Part shown: positions 52,650 through 61,910 of the stretch, piece by piece
How positions within the stretch are numbered: the first letter of the stretch is position 1
How the letters are laid out: every line of letters begins with the position of its first letter
Translations under genes and position numbers: made by a program
Notes under the pieces: generated by a model
The model's database searches: none
What the model was told of the DNA's origin: nothing
Seen by the model: only the letters and a program-made list of their open reading frames with translations
Assembly (NCBI GenBank): GCA_024655865.1
Contig: JANLFM010000009.1
Location: 2,000 to 65,999, forward strand
DNA: 64,000 nt
Direction: 5' to 3'
From: Caldisericota bacterium
GTDB taxonomy: Bacteria; Caldisericota; JANLFM01

Positions 52650-53060
52650 CTAAACGCTTTCCAGGTGCTCTTCAATAGTTCCATCGGCCTCATACCCTGA
52701 TTACGGTATCCCTGATGTGGTTTCTCTGTATTATAGTAGATCGGTCACTGATTCCACTACCTCCTCTTATGCCCTCCACTTCGCCTGTGGGAAGAACTCA
52801 TCCAGGATGGCCCTGTTGAAGTACTCGATGAATCCATTGGTCTGGGGATAGGCACATGGGTGTTACGATGCTCTATTCCATTTAAGACCAGATAGGGTTA
52901 GTGAGGGTGGGCGTCCTTTCTTTCAGAACTCCTTGCCGTTGTCCGTTAGGATAGCGGATACCAGGATCCTCGCCCCTTAAAGAAAGGCAGTACCTGACTG
53001 TGGAAGAGAAAAATAGCGGCTTCCGAAGCACACTTCACGAAAACTGCGGAAGCCGATGAA
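52650..53060 (-). mobile_element. Degenerate IS481-family transposase remnant
   Basis: Frameshifted, stop-interrupted fragments QVLPFF / ILTDNGKEF* / LNGIEHR / PQTNGFIEYFNRAILDEFF / YYNTEKPHQGYRNQG form the rve integrase core and C-terminus. Ends are approximate. Confidence 0.85.
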
Positions 53061-53181
53061 TTCTCTTCTAATTCCTATTTTGCAAGAGATACCATCTATC
53101 GGCGGGAAGGACTTTCTGAAGAATTATCTTCGAGCTTCTCAGCAAGAGGGCAATCGGGAAAAGAAAGGTCAGGCCCGCATT

Positions 53182-54699
53182 TTACCTGCTTGTCTGGACG
53201 TACAACTCGAACACCCGCCGAAAATGAAAACCGTAGATCGCCAATGTAATAGCTGTGGCGAAAGCCCGCGGTCGATGAAATAGGGTCCAGCGAGCGATCC
53301 GCCAGAACTGCATCCGTTCCACGCCGCGAATGCCCAGCCTGTAGATAGCGCGGAGGAAAGCTTGAATGTACTGCGGGGCAGACCTCCAGTCAATGAGCGT
53401 CTTGAGCCCCGGCACTTGATAATCTTGCAGGAACGTGCGAATTCGCTCGTAATACGCTTTTGGAGCATAGATCTGTTGCAAAATGTAATGGTAACCACGC
53501 AGAAGTACCGAGAGATTCATCACGGGAACAATGTTCGTGGTACCATCCACGTTATCTCCGGATGACCCACCCGCCAAACGGTTCTCCCCCTTTAACCGTT
53601 GGTACAGACGAGTGCCTGGCAGAGCCTGCAAAAGTCCTACCATCGCCGTTACGATGCCGCTCTTCTGGATTAATTCCACCTGCCGCTGAAAAATGGAAGG
53701 GGGATCGTTGTCGAACCCTACAATAAATCCTCCTTGTACCTGCATACCCGCTCGGTGAATGCGCTTTACGCTCTCCACCAGATCCCGGCCTCTGTTCTGA
53801 AGCTTTCCACACTCGATCAGGCTATGTTCCTCCGGTGTTTCAATACCGATAAAGACCATATGAAACCCGGCCTCCACCATCATACGCATCAAATCGTCGT
53901 CATCTGCCAAATCGATCGTGGCCTGAGTGTAAAAGGACATCATCCTCTTTTTCTCCTTGCGCCACCGAATTAAAGCAGGAAGCAGATCATTCTTCACCTG
54001 CTGCCGAGCACCGATAAAGTTATCATCGACAAAAAATACGCTACCGCGCCACCCCAGGGAATAAAGAGCATCCAGCTCGGCGATGACCTGGGCCGTAGTC
54101 TTTGTCCGTGATTTACGACCAAACATAGCGGTAACGTTGCAAAACTCACAATTGTATGGGCAGCCGCGAGAGAATTGAACGCTCATGGAGTTATATTGAT
54201 GGAGGTCAAGCAATTGCCAGAGAGGGATGGGCGACTGGCGAATGTCCGGGAATTCTCCACTGGTATACACTCGCCGAGTCTCCCCACTTTCGAGATCCTT
54301 GAGAAATTCAGGCAGGGTTGACTCAGCCTCATTCAATACGAAGGTATCGACCTTATCAAACTGCTCCCAATCTCCCATGAACAAAGGACCTCCAGCCACC
54401 ACCTTGACCCCGGCGGCATGACAGCGGTCGATGACCTGAGCGGCGGATTCCCTTTGCACGACCATGGCACTGATCATAACCAGATCCGCCCAGGCCAGAT
54501 CCTCATCGTTTAAAGCACGAACATTGAGATCCACCAATTTTTTGGGCCAATCTGCTGGCATCAGGGCGGCAACGGTGAGAAGACCCAATGGGGGCGATGC
54601 GGCTTTCTTTCCGATGAAATGAAGAGCGTGCTTGAAACTCCAGAAAGTGTCAGGAAACTCAGGGTATACCAGCAGGACATTAAAACGCTTTTTTCCCAA
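53182..54699 (-). CDS. B12-binding domain radical SAM protein (DUF4070 type)
   Basis: YPEFPDTFWSF, PPLGLLTVAA, SRGCPYNCEFC, FFVDDNFIG, GFIVGFDND. Confidence 0.9.
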   Translation of the reverse strand: MGKKRFNVLLVYPEFPDTFWSFKHALHFIGKKAASPPLGLLTVAALMPADWPKKLVDLNVRALNDEDLAWADLVMISAMVVQRESAAQVIDRCHAAGVKVVAGGPLFMGDWEQFDKVDTFVLNEAESTLPEFLKDLESGETRRVYTSGEFPDIRQSPIPLWQLLDLHQYNSMSVQFSRGCPYNCEFCNVTAMFGRKSRTKTTAQVIAELDALYSLGWRGSVFFVDDNFIGARQQVKNDLLPALIRWRKEKKRMMSFYTQATIDLADDDDLMRMMVEAGFHMVFIGIETPEEHSLIECGKLQNRGRDLVESVKRIHRAGMQVQGGFIVGFDNDPPSIFQRQVELIQKSGIVTAMVGLLQALPGTRLYQRLKGENRLAGGSSGDNVDGTTNIVPVMNLSVLLRGYHYILQQIYAPKAYYERIRTFLQDYQVPGLKTLIDWRSAPQYIQAFLRAIYRLGIRGVERMQFWRIARWTLFHRPRAFATAITLAIYGFHFRRVFELYVQTSR

Positions 54700-54827
54700 T
54701 TATCAATGCCTCCAGTCGTCTAGTTGATACAGTATTAACTAGACAAGTGAAAGTGTCAAACATTCCCCTGCTGAACTATTTTCATTTCGAATTTTATGTG
54801 AGACAACACGGGGTTTTTAAAATTTCC

Positions 54828-55238
54828 CTACTTGAAGTCCAGAGCCCGGAGCATTTTGGCGTAATTCAAGGTGCGGTTCAACTTCCCGCCGGGGATTCTT
54901 GCTCTTGTTTTTACCAGGTAGTAGTAGAGCCCGCTTTCGTTTGTTTCTCCAATCAAAGTGGCGCCAATCAGTCGCTCTTTCTCATCCAGAAACACTCGTC
55001 GGTAAATGCCGGTTTTGGGGTTGAAGTAGGCATAGGTCAAAGGAGCGTCCTCCCGGTTATAACCTACTACGGCTACTTCGCTCCCGAAAATGTTGGTGAT
55101 ATTGTGCTTCAAGCTTCCCTCGTACTTGAAATCCAGCCCCAGTATGCTTTTGGCGGCAGCCTCTCCCTGCTCCACAGCGGTGAACCAGTTCCCCCGAATC
55201 ACGGATTTCCCGGTGATAAAGTCCTTCCCCCGGGTGCA
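54828..55238 (-). pseudogene. C-terminal fragment of an FAD/NAD(P)-dependent oxidoreductase
   Basis: CTRGKDFITGKSVIRGNWFTAVEQGEAAAKSILG...RLIGATLIG starts immediately after an in-frame stop; no N-terminal Rossmann domains upstream. Confidence 0.72.
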
Positions 55239-55353
55239 CTATTATAGAATATGAGCTTGGAGAGTTTGTCCGTTTTGGGACTTCTCTTTGCGCCACCTCT
55301 TGGAAAAGTTGAAGAAGCCTCACTCTAAAAGTGGAGGTTGTCCTTGAGCCATC

Positions 55354-56037
55354 TTAAGGCCACCATTGCGGTTCAGGGACGATCAAATAACCTTCCGGCT
55401 CCACCTTGAACCCAGCCCTTTTAATCCCTAAGACGAACTCCTGGGCATTCTCTTTCACGTCGAATACTGCAGTGGACTGGTATGGTGGTGCGGAGGGGTC
55501 GATAAGCGTCTTGATCCGCTCGGGGTCAAGTAAGGAGAGAAAAAAACCATGGGAGGCAACAGGGTAGTAGACGTTTTTGTTCTGATCCAGGAGCACGAGC
55601 TGCCTCCAGTCTGGAGGTCGTGCGTCCCAGGAGAGGGAGCGGGTTGAAAGCTCCAGGATGAGGTATTTTCCTCTGGGAACGGAAGGGGCGTTATAGCCTT
55701 TTGGTAGATCCTTGGTGAAAGTGGCTTTTTCTACTTTCCAGACCAGACGGTTCACCTCTAATTCAGGCTTAGCGTTATAGGTTTGCTCGAGTGGTGTGAG
55801 TGTAGGGGAGGGAAGAACGAAAGGTGGTTGAGTTGGCGAAGGCGTGGGACTGGGAGAGAAGGAGGGTAAGGGCGAAGCCGTAGACCCGGGCGGCGTGAGA
55901 GTAGGAAAGATAGTGGGTGACCCTGGTTCCGTGCAGGAAGAGATAAGAAGCACCAAAAGGAGTATCAGGGCTAAAAGCCCTCTTTTTACCGTTTTATTTG
56001 TTTTCTTGAACTCTTTTTTGACCATTCTGACCCTCAT
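55354..56037 (-). CDS. Lipoprotein with Pro/Thr tether and a beta-rich (DUF4352-like) domain
   Basis: Lipobox LISSC, PSPTPSPT linker, GKYLILEL..LLDQNKNVY..AVFDV. Confidence 0.7.
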   Translation of the reverse strand: MRVRMVKKEFKKTNKTVKRGLLALILLLVLLISSCTEPGSPTIFPTLTPPGSTASPLPSFSPSPTPSPTQPPFVLPSPTLTPLEQTYNAKPELEVNRLVWKVEKATFTKDLPKGYNAPSVPRGKYLILELSTRSLSWDARPPDWRQLVLLDQNKNVYYPVASHGFFLSLLDPERIKTLIDPSAPPYQSTAVFDVKENAQEFVLGIKRAGFKVEPEGYLIVPEPQWWP

Positions 56038-56216
56038 TGCTTTCTCACCTCCATGTTATAAGGAGCTCGTTACAGTTGAATAGTGCCGTCGTTTTGAAAT
56101 AATTGTACCTTAAAATTAAGTTTTGATTCTCGTGCTCCTTCTCCTGCGTTCTTGGTTGCGATTATTCAAATGAGCATCGCAGAGAATTCCAGAAACCACA
56201 GAGTCGCAATTGTGGC

Positions 56217-56540
56217 TTATACAAGATCATAATGAACCATGATTGCTCTCTGGTTCCCTATCCCTGAAGGACAAAGAAAAGAGCCAGGAAACAGTAACGC
56301 CAAGAACCATAACCAAAAAGCGGGCAAGCCAGATGTGAATTGTGCACAGTTTTCTCCTGAGGGCCCTTTTTCCTCAAGGTGAGGAATCCCAGGATAAGGA
56401 GTAATCCGCCTACCAGAGCAAAGGATTTGTGGGGAGCCACAAATCCGGTCATCCTCCTCCTGGAAAGCATAGGGAAAAGAGCATATAAGAGAGCCAGGGA
56501 ACCAAGAACCATCAATGACGCCTGAAAAGGCCTTTTTCAT
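56217..56540 (-). pseudogene. Small membrane protein gene, probably frameshifted
   Basis: GGAG RBS + ATG (MKKAFSGV) in one frame; two hydrophobic helices continue in another frame from 56515. Confidence 0.35.
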
Positions 56541-56568
56541 CTTCAGCTCCTTAATAAAGTTTAGAACC

Positions 56569-57696
56569 TCAGGATTTTCTCTTTTTCTGCAGAGCGTTTA
56601 TCTCTTGAAGCACGCGGGGGACAATTTCCTGAGCCCTTACCTTTCTGAAAACGCCAGAGGCTCTTGAAGGGTCAATCCGCCACAGGCTCCAGAGGGCGTG
56701 CTGGCGCAGGAGGGATGGGGAATCGTAGGCGAAGGGTTCAATCAATTCAAAAAGAGATCGATCCCTCAGGTTGCCCGCTACCACGATAGCGTTCCTTTTT
56801 AAGAGAGTGAGGGCTTTCCCCTTGAAGGTGTGTCCGGAAAAAATCCTGCGGAACTTTTCCTCGTCCATAAGGAGCACTTCCTCAATAGGAATAAACAATC
56901 CAGGTCCAGATTCTGGTTGCAGCTTGACCTTTTTCCATTCCCTGTTGTAAGGGCAAACGTCCTGGCATGTGGAACACCCGAAAAGGCGCGCCCCCATAAG
57001 CTCGCGCACCCTCATGGGAAGGATACCGTCATAATGGAGGGAGAAGTAATCCAGACAGAGGTCAGGCCGGATCTGATAGGGCTTCCTGATAGCGCCTGTG
57101 GGGCAGGCATCCAGGCAGAGCCTGCAATCTCCACACATGCTTTCTTTCTCCTCCTTAAATTCCCCAACCTCAGCGCTAATTAGCAGTTCTCCCAGAAGGA
57201 AATGGGATCCCCATTTTTCAGAGTAAAGCAAGCTGTTCTTGCCCCTCCATCCAATCCCCGCAAGTTCCGCCCAGGTCTTTTCCAGAAGTCTCCCTTCCAC
57301 AAAGACCTTCGCTTTTAATTGGGGGAAGGTTACTACAAGCTCGGCCTTGATCTTCCTTAATTTGTCCTTAAGCAGTCCGTACCAGTCGAGGGCGCAGAAG
57401 GGGGCGATTACCCCGGAAGGGAGTTCCGGTTTTTCTTGGGCGGGCAGGGAATATGGTTGGGCGAAGCAGAGGACACTTTTGGCCCAGGGATAAATAGTGC
57501 GGGGATCCTGAAGAGCGGGAAGGTCCTTTTCTGACCAACTCAGGGCGCTCGGGAAATGGCCCTTTCGGAAGAGCTCTCTTAAAATTAAAACCTTTTCCCC
57601 AAGATCTCTTAAAGGAAGAGCCTTCAGGGCCAGACCATATTTTTCGGCGAGTTCGCTCGCTCTCTCAAGGATTTCTACTTCTGACAGCGGGGACAG
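56569..57696 (-). CDS. queG: Epoxyqueuosine reductase QueG-like Fe-S/cobalamin protein with HEAT-like C-terminus; probable CTG start
   Basis: AGIGWRGKNSL, GSHFLLGEL, CGDCRLCLDACPTGA, GCSTCQDVCPYN, RNAIVVAGN. The frame stays open 132 codons upstream of the track start and contains DPRTIYPWAKSV. Confidence 0.8.
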   Translation of the reverse strand: MSPLSEVEILERASELAEKYGLALKALPLRDLGEKVLILRELFRKGHFPSALSWSEKDLPALQDPRTIYPWAKSVLCFAQPYSLPAQEKPELPSGVIAPFCALDWYGLLKDKLRKIKAELVVTFPQLKAKVFVEGRLLEKTWAELAGIGWRGKNSLLYSEKWGSHFLLGELLISAEVGEFKEEKESMCGDCRLCLDACPTGAIRKPYQIRPDLCLDYFSLHYDGILPMRVRELMGARLFGCSTCQDVCPYNREWKKVKLQPESGPGLFIPIEEVLLMDEEKFRRIFSGHTFKGKALTLLKRNAIVVAGNLRDRSLFELIEPFAYDSPSLLRQHALWSLWRIDPSRASGVFRKVRAQEIVPRVLQEINALQKKRKS

Positions 57697-58481
57697 AAGT
57701 AGGTCCCCCTTCCTTCAATTTCAATTCTTACGATTTTTGTTCCGCAGCGGGGGCAGGGCTCTCCCTCCTTGCCGTGAACGTTGAGGAATTCCCTGATTTC
57801 GCCGCGTACCCTATCTCCCATTCTTTTCCGGGCTTCCTCCGTCCCCCAGCGCAGGGTGTCCAGGATGCACTTGTAAAGGAAATCCTTTTCCCTCTCTGAG
57901 AGCTCCCTCGCAGGTCTTGAGGGAGAAATCCTGGCGCAGAAAAGGATCTCATCGGAATAGGCATTACCGATCCCGGCAAGGAACTTCTGCTCCATAAGAG
58001 CGAACTTCACGGTGCCCCGAAACTTCTGGAGCACCTCGCTTAAATATTCTGGTGTAAAAGCTGGGTCGAAAGGCTCAGGCCCTAATTCCTTGAGCTCTTT
58101 GGTTTTCTCAAGTTCTCCCGGAGGAATGAAGTAGAGCTTCATCCACCCCCTCTGGTCAATGAAGTGGATCTCCTGCCCTTCCTTAAAGGAAAGCACAGCG
58201 CAGGTTCCCTTCTCGACCGGTGCCCCGGCAGGTTTTAAGTCCAGCTCCCCTTCGAGCATCAAATGGATCAAAAGAGCCGCCCCGCTTTCAAAGTGGAGCA
58301 CGGTATACTTTCCCCTCCGCGCTATGGCGCTCACTTTCTCTCCCTTGAGGGCCTCCTCCACAAGTTCCGGGGAGGGCTTGCCCACGGATCTCTTTAAAAA
58401 CTTGAGATCAGCGACCTCAAAACCCAGGATTCTCTTTTCCAGGTTGGATTTTACAACTTCTAAATCAGGGAGCTCCGGCAT
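57675..58481 (-). CDS. mutM: Fpg/Nei-family DNA glycosylase/AP lyase
   Basis: MPELPD, RRGKY, H2TH GIGNAYSDEIL, Zn finger CPRC...FCPRCQ. Confidence 0.92.
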   Translation of the reverse strand: MPELPDLEVVKSNLEKRILGFEVADLKFLKRSVGKPSPELVEEALKGEKVSAIARRGKYTVLHFESGAALLIHLMLEGELDLKPAGAPVEKGTCAVLSFKEGQEIHFIDQRGWMKLYFIPPGELEKTKELKELGPEPFDPAFTPEYLSEVLQKFRGTVKFALMEQKFLAGIGNAYSDEILFCARISPSRPARELSEREKDFLYKCILDTLRWGTEEARKRMGDRVRGEIREFLNVHGKEGEPCPRCGTKIVRIEIEGRGTYFCPRCQK

Positions 58482-58489
58482 ATCTCCTC

Positions 58490-59737
58490 CTAAAACAGGC
58501 TAATTTGAGTGGGTTCAGGAGGGGTCTTTTCCTCCTCCGCATCCAGGAAGATTTCGATTTTGCCGTAGTTACCATCGTATCCCGGGATGATTTTCACCTT
58601 GCCCTCACGCATTGAGGCAATAGCCCTGGCCAGCGAGAGGGAGGTCATTTTCTCCAAATAAGAGACGGGAGCATCGAGGAGCACGGCGAGCTCGTTGGAA
58701 AAGGTCTGCACCAATTTCAGGTATTCGTTCTGGACGGCCACGCTTTCCGGGGCCTTTTTTAGTACCTGGGCGATAATCTCATCTAAGGGAATCAACCTTT
58801 TATAGGGAATGGCGTTCTCCGGCTCAAAGCCGTCCTTGCGGTCTGCCAGGTCCTCGACCCTGTGCATCACTCCCACGGTCAGGGGCTTCCTGCATACCGG
58901 ACAGATCAGGTTATGCTTGCGCGCTTCCTCCGGGGACATGAGCACGTTGCAGAAGCGATGGCCGTCGAAATGATATTTCCCTTCCTCCGGGAAGAACTCA
59001 ATCGTGAAGAGGAATTTCGACCGATCTTTATTCTGGAGAACCCTTCTGATTTCATAAAAGTCCATTTTCTCAGAAAAGACGTTGGCCTCCCGTCCCAGCT
59101 TAGAAGGAGAATGAGCGTCGGAGTTGGAAATAAGGGTTACCCTGTCCAGAGCACTGAGCCTCCAGTTCATGGGAGGGTCTGAGGAGAGACCGGTCTCAAT
59201 GGCGAAGACCTCGGAAGAAGCCTCCCCGAAACACTCCTCAATGGAGTCAAATCCTGAGCGGGAGCCAAAAAGGGAGAACCAGGGAGTCCAGGCGTGAGCG
59301 GGCACAATATAAGCATCGGAGGAAATATCCTTCACTATTTTCAAAAGATCCAGGGCGGAAATGGAGAGAGCCGGGCGCCCATCCACGGAAAGGGAATTGA
59401 AGCGCCTGAGGCGCTGATTTATGCGCAGGGAGACCTCAAGCGAAGGGGAGAAAATCAAGTTATGCATTTTGTGGGCTTTGCCATCCACCTGGAAGAAATT
59501 GGCCACCTCTGCTGTGAGCATGAAGTAGACTCCCTGGAACTCGTAAAGGCCATTCAGGTCCGAGGGTTTGAGCTTCTCTTTGAGTTCCAGAAACCAGGCA
59601 GGGTGAGTGAAATCCCCGGTGCCTAAAAGGCTAATCCCTTTAAGCTTCGCCCAGCGAGCCATGTGTTCCAGGCCCATATCGCTGGACGTGCCCCGGCTGT
59701 ATCTGGAATGAAGATGGAAGTCACAAACAAAACGCAC
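58490..59737 (-). CDS. Endonuclease Q family protein (PHP + Zn finger)
   Basis: DFHLHSRYS, GTGDFTHP, PAHAWTPW, ETGLSSD, NSDAHS, EGKYHFDGHR, CPVC, PGYDG. Confidence 0.9.
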   Translation of the reverse strand: MRFVCDFHLHSRYSRGTSSDMGLEHMARWAKLKGISLLGTGDFTHPAWFLELKEKLKPSDLNGLYEFQGVYFMLTAEVANFFQVDGKAHKMHNLIFSPSLEVSLRINQRLRRFNSLSVDGRPALSISALDLLKIVKDISSDAYIVPAHAWTPWFSLFGSRSGFDSIEECFGEASSEVFAIETGLSSDPPMNWRLSALDRVTLISNSDAHSPSKLGREANVFSEKMDFYEIRRVLQNKDRSKFLFTIEFFPEEGKYHFDGHRFCNVLMSPEEARKHNLICPVCRKPLTVGVMHRVEDLADRKDGFEPENAIPYKRLIPLDEIIAQVLKKAPESVAVQNEYLKLVQTFSNELAVLLDAPVSYLEKMTSLSLARAIASMREGKVKIIPGYDGNYGKIEIFLDAEEEKTPPEPTQISLF

Positions 59738-59951
59738 AATAAAAGTTTATCACGGTTTGAATTATTGGTGAAAATTTCCCCGAAAATTAGATTCCTGAAA
59801 GTGGTGGCTCAGGCACTGCTTCCTTTCCGCCCTTTTTTATTTTAATTTTTTAAACTTTCATTTCCTTGTCCGAGAAAACTCTGCCCTTGTTTGAGTTTGC
59901 GCTCTGGTCCTCTTCTTTCCTTACGGTTCACTTTATCCTTTTTCCTTCTCC

Positions 59952-59980
59952 TTGAAGTAAGCCCGGAACTAATTTATAAT
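59952..59980 (+). promoter_or_regulatory. Sigma70-type promoter of the tRNA gene
   Basis: TTGAAG, 17 nt spacer, TATAAT, ending 13 nt before the tRNA. Confidence 0.75.
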
Positions 59981-59993
59981 CGAAAGCGCTTCC

Positions 59994-60089
59994 GGAGAGG
60001 TGGCTGAGTTGGCTGAAGGCACTCGCCTGGAAAGCGAGTAGACGGGGTTAAAACTCGTCTCGCGGGTTCGAATCCCGCCCTCTCCGCCA
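59994..60089 (+). tRNA. tRNA-Ser (anticodon GGA)
   Basis: Acceptor stem GGAGAGG/CCTCTCC, anticodon arm CTCGC-CT-GGA-AA-GCGAG, long variable arm, GGTTCGAATCC T-loop, encoded CCA. Confidence 0.97.
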
Positions 60090-60340
60090 GTTTCATCCCT
60101 TTTATAAAAGAGAACACGACAACTTCGTGCTCCCTCTCCGATTTTCATCCACATTCCCTGTATTTATGGTCTTCCTTTTTAATAATTAACGAAAAAGCCG
60201 AGCTATCCTCTATTTTACGGAGCGAGTGAGGAAACCGGGCGCAGAGGAATTCTCCGGGAGGTTTTAATTCTTTTAAGGAGAGAGAGGCTTTTTCAGTCCC
60301 TTTGAATGCTAAAATTATAAAAAACATCTGGAGGTGCAGC

Positions 60341-61108
60341 GTGGAGTTAGAAAAGGAGTTTCGCTCGCTCAGGCGTTTTAACCTCGTGATGTTCTTTCTG
60401 CATTTGATCCAGGGCGTTGCCATGCTCTTTATCAGCCGTGATTTCAGACTTCCTATAACCACAAACTACCTGAGCTATGATGTTGGAGCAAAGAGGCTGA
60501 TCACGGCAACTATGCCCCTGTTTCAGGTTCCTTTTGTCTGGCTGGTAGTCATCTTTCTTTTTCTCTCCGCCCTTGCCCATTTGCTTATCGCCACTGTGTA
60601 CAACAGGCGTTACAACGAGGATTTAACCCGGGGGATGAACAGGATGCGCTGGTTCGAGTACGCTCTTTCCGCTTCCACAATGATGGTGGCCATCGCCATG
60701 CTCGTGGGAATTTACGACCTCGGCAGCCTGATCATGGTCTTTTCCCTGGTGGCGCTGATGAACCTAATGGGCCTGATGATGGAAATCCACAATCAGACCA
60801 CTCAGAGGACGAACTGGACCAGTTTCTACATCGGGTCGTTTGCCGGCCTTATCCCCTGGGTGGTAGTGGCCATTTTCTTCTGGGCAGCTAATTACTACGG
60901 TTTTGGGAAAATCCCTGCCTTTGTTTACGCCATTTACGGCTCGATCTTCGTCTTCTTTAACTGCTTCGCCATAAATATGGTCTTGCAGTACAAAAAAGTG
61001 GGCAAATGGAGGGACTACCTTTTCGGGGAGAAGGTTTATGTGATCTTGAGTTTGGTGGCCAAATCGGCTCTGGCCTGGCAGGTCTTTGCGGGAGCCCTGC
61101 GGCCATAA
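60341..61108 (+). CDS. heR: Heliorhodopsin
   Basis: LRRFN..LHLIQG, SALAH, NRMRWFEYALSAS, FFNCFAINM.LQY, YVILSLVAKSALAWQVF with the retinal-binding Lys; GGAGG RBS before GTG 60341. Confidence 0.95.
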   Translation: MELEKEFRSLRRFNLVMFFLHLIQGVAMLFISRDFRLPITTNYLSYDVGAKRLITATMPLFQVPFVWLVVIFLFLSALAHLLIATVYNRRYNEDLTRGMNRMRWFEYALSASTMMVAIAMLVGIYDLGSLIMVFSLVALMNLMGLMMEIHNQTTQRTNWTSFYIGSFAGLIPWVVVAIFFWAANYYGFGKIPAFVYAIYGSIFVFFNCFAINMVLQYKKVGKWRDYLFGEKVYVILSLVAKSALAWQVFAGALRP

Positions 61109-61181
61109 AAGGAAGAAGAGAACCGTCTACCTTTTCGTTCTTCAATTCCCCATTTGCCAAGAACCAGCCTGTCCCTCATTT

Positions 61182-61910
61182 TTACTCGAACTTTCTTCGC
61201 AGGAGCCCGAAGGCGGGATAAATGAAGATCAGGGAGAAGCCGACTAGCACCAGGGCGTCTATCAGCACGGAATAAATTGAGCCACCGGTGAAAGAATACC
61301 TCAATCCCTCAACCGTATATGTGAGAGGCATGAGATAAGCGATATACTGTAAGGCTTTAGGCATTGCGGAAACAGGGTAAACAACGCCACAGAGGAAAAT
61401 CATCACGAACCGGGGCAAGTTGAGTAAAGTTTGAGCTTCGAACACCTCCTTCACGGAAACGCAGAGCAAAGCCCCTAATGCGGCGAAAGTAAAAAGAGAG
61501 GGGAGTACGATCAAAATCAGGTAGAGTACCTGAGGATGGGCTCCCAGGATAATAGCTGATCCTGTAGTAACCACCGTTGTCATCAACAGTCCGAAGAGCG
61601 CACCTCCCAGTATCTTTCCTAAGAGAACGGCGGGCAAGCTAACAGGAGCAAGAAGCAGCCTTTCCAAGGAACCCAACCTGAGCTCGAAATTGATCACCAC
61701 GGCTTCAGCGGCCGTGGTGCTGAAGAGAATAGTCATCGCTACCAATCCGGGCAGTAACTCCTCGAAACTCTTTGGATTTCTCAGGTAGAAAGCAAGGATC
61801 CAGACAACAGGAAAGGCAATCCCCCAGCTGATAGCGGGAGGCTTGAGGTAGTAGGTCCTCATGTCCTTTAAAACGATGTAAAAGATGGCCCTGAGATTAT
61901 CCCGACGCAT
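61182..61910 (-). CDS. ABC-2 type exporter permease
   Basis: PGLVAMTILF, LERLLLAPVS, CGVVYPVSAMP, PLTYTVEGLR. Confidence 0.9.
   Translation of the reverse strand: MRRDNLRAIFYIVLKDMRTYYLKPPAISWGIAFPVVWILAFYLRNPKSFEELLPGLVAMTILFSTTAAEAVVINFELRLGSLERLLLAPVSLPAVLLGKILGGALFGLLMTTVVTTGSAIILGAHPQVLYLILIVLPSLFTFAALGALLCVSVKEVFEAQTLLNLPRFVMIFLCGVVYPVSAMPKALQYIAYLMPLTYTVEGLRYSFTGGSIYSVLIDALVLVGFSLIFIYPAFGLLRRKFE

Noticed and set aside
54747-55247. 166-aa plus-strand ORF
   Set aside because: Antisense to the recognisable oxidoreductase fragment; no protein-family features.
59842-59931. 29-aa basic minus-strand ORF (VNRKERRGPERK...)
   Set aside because: Too short, low-complexity purine-rich DNA, and no supporting homology.
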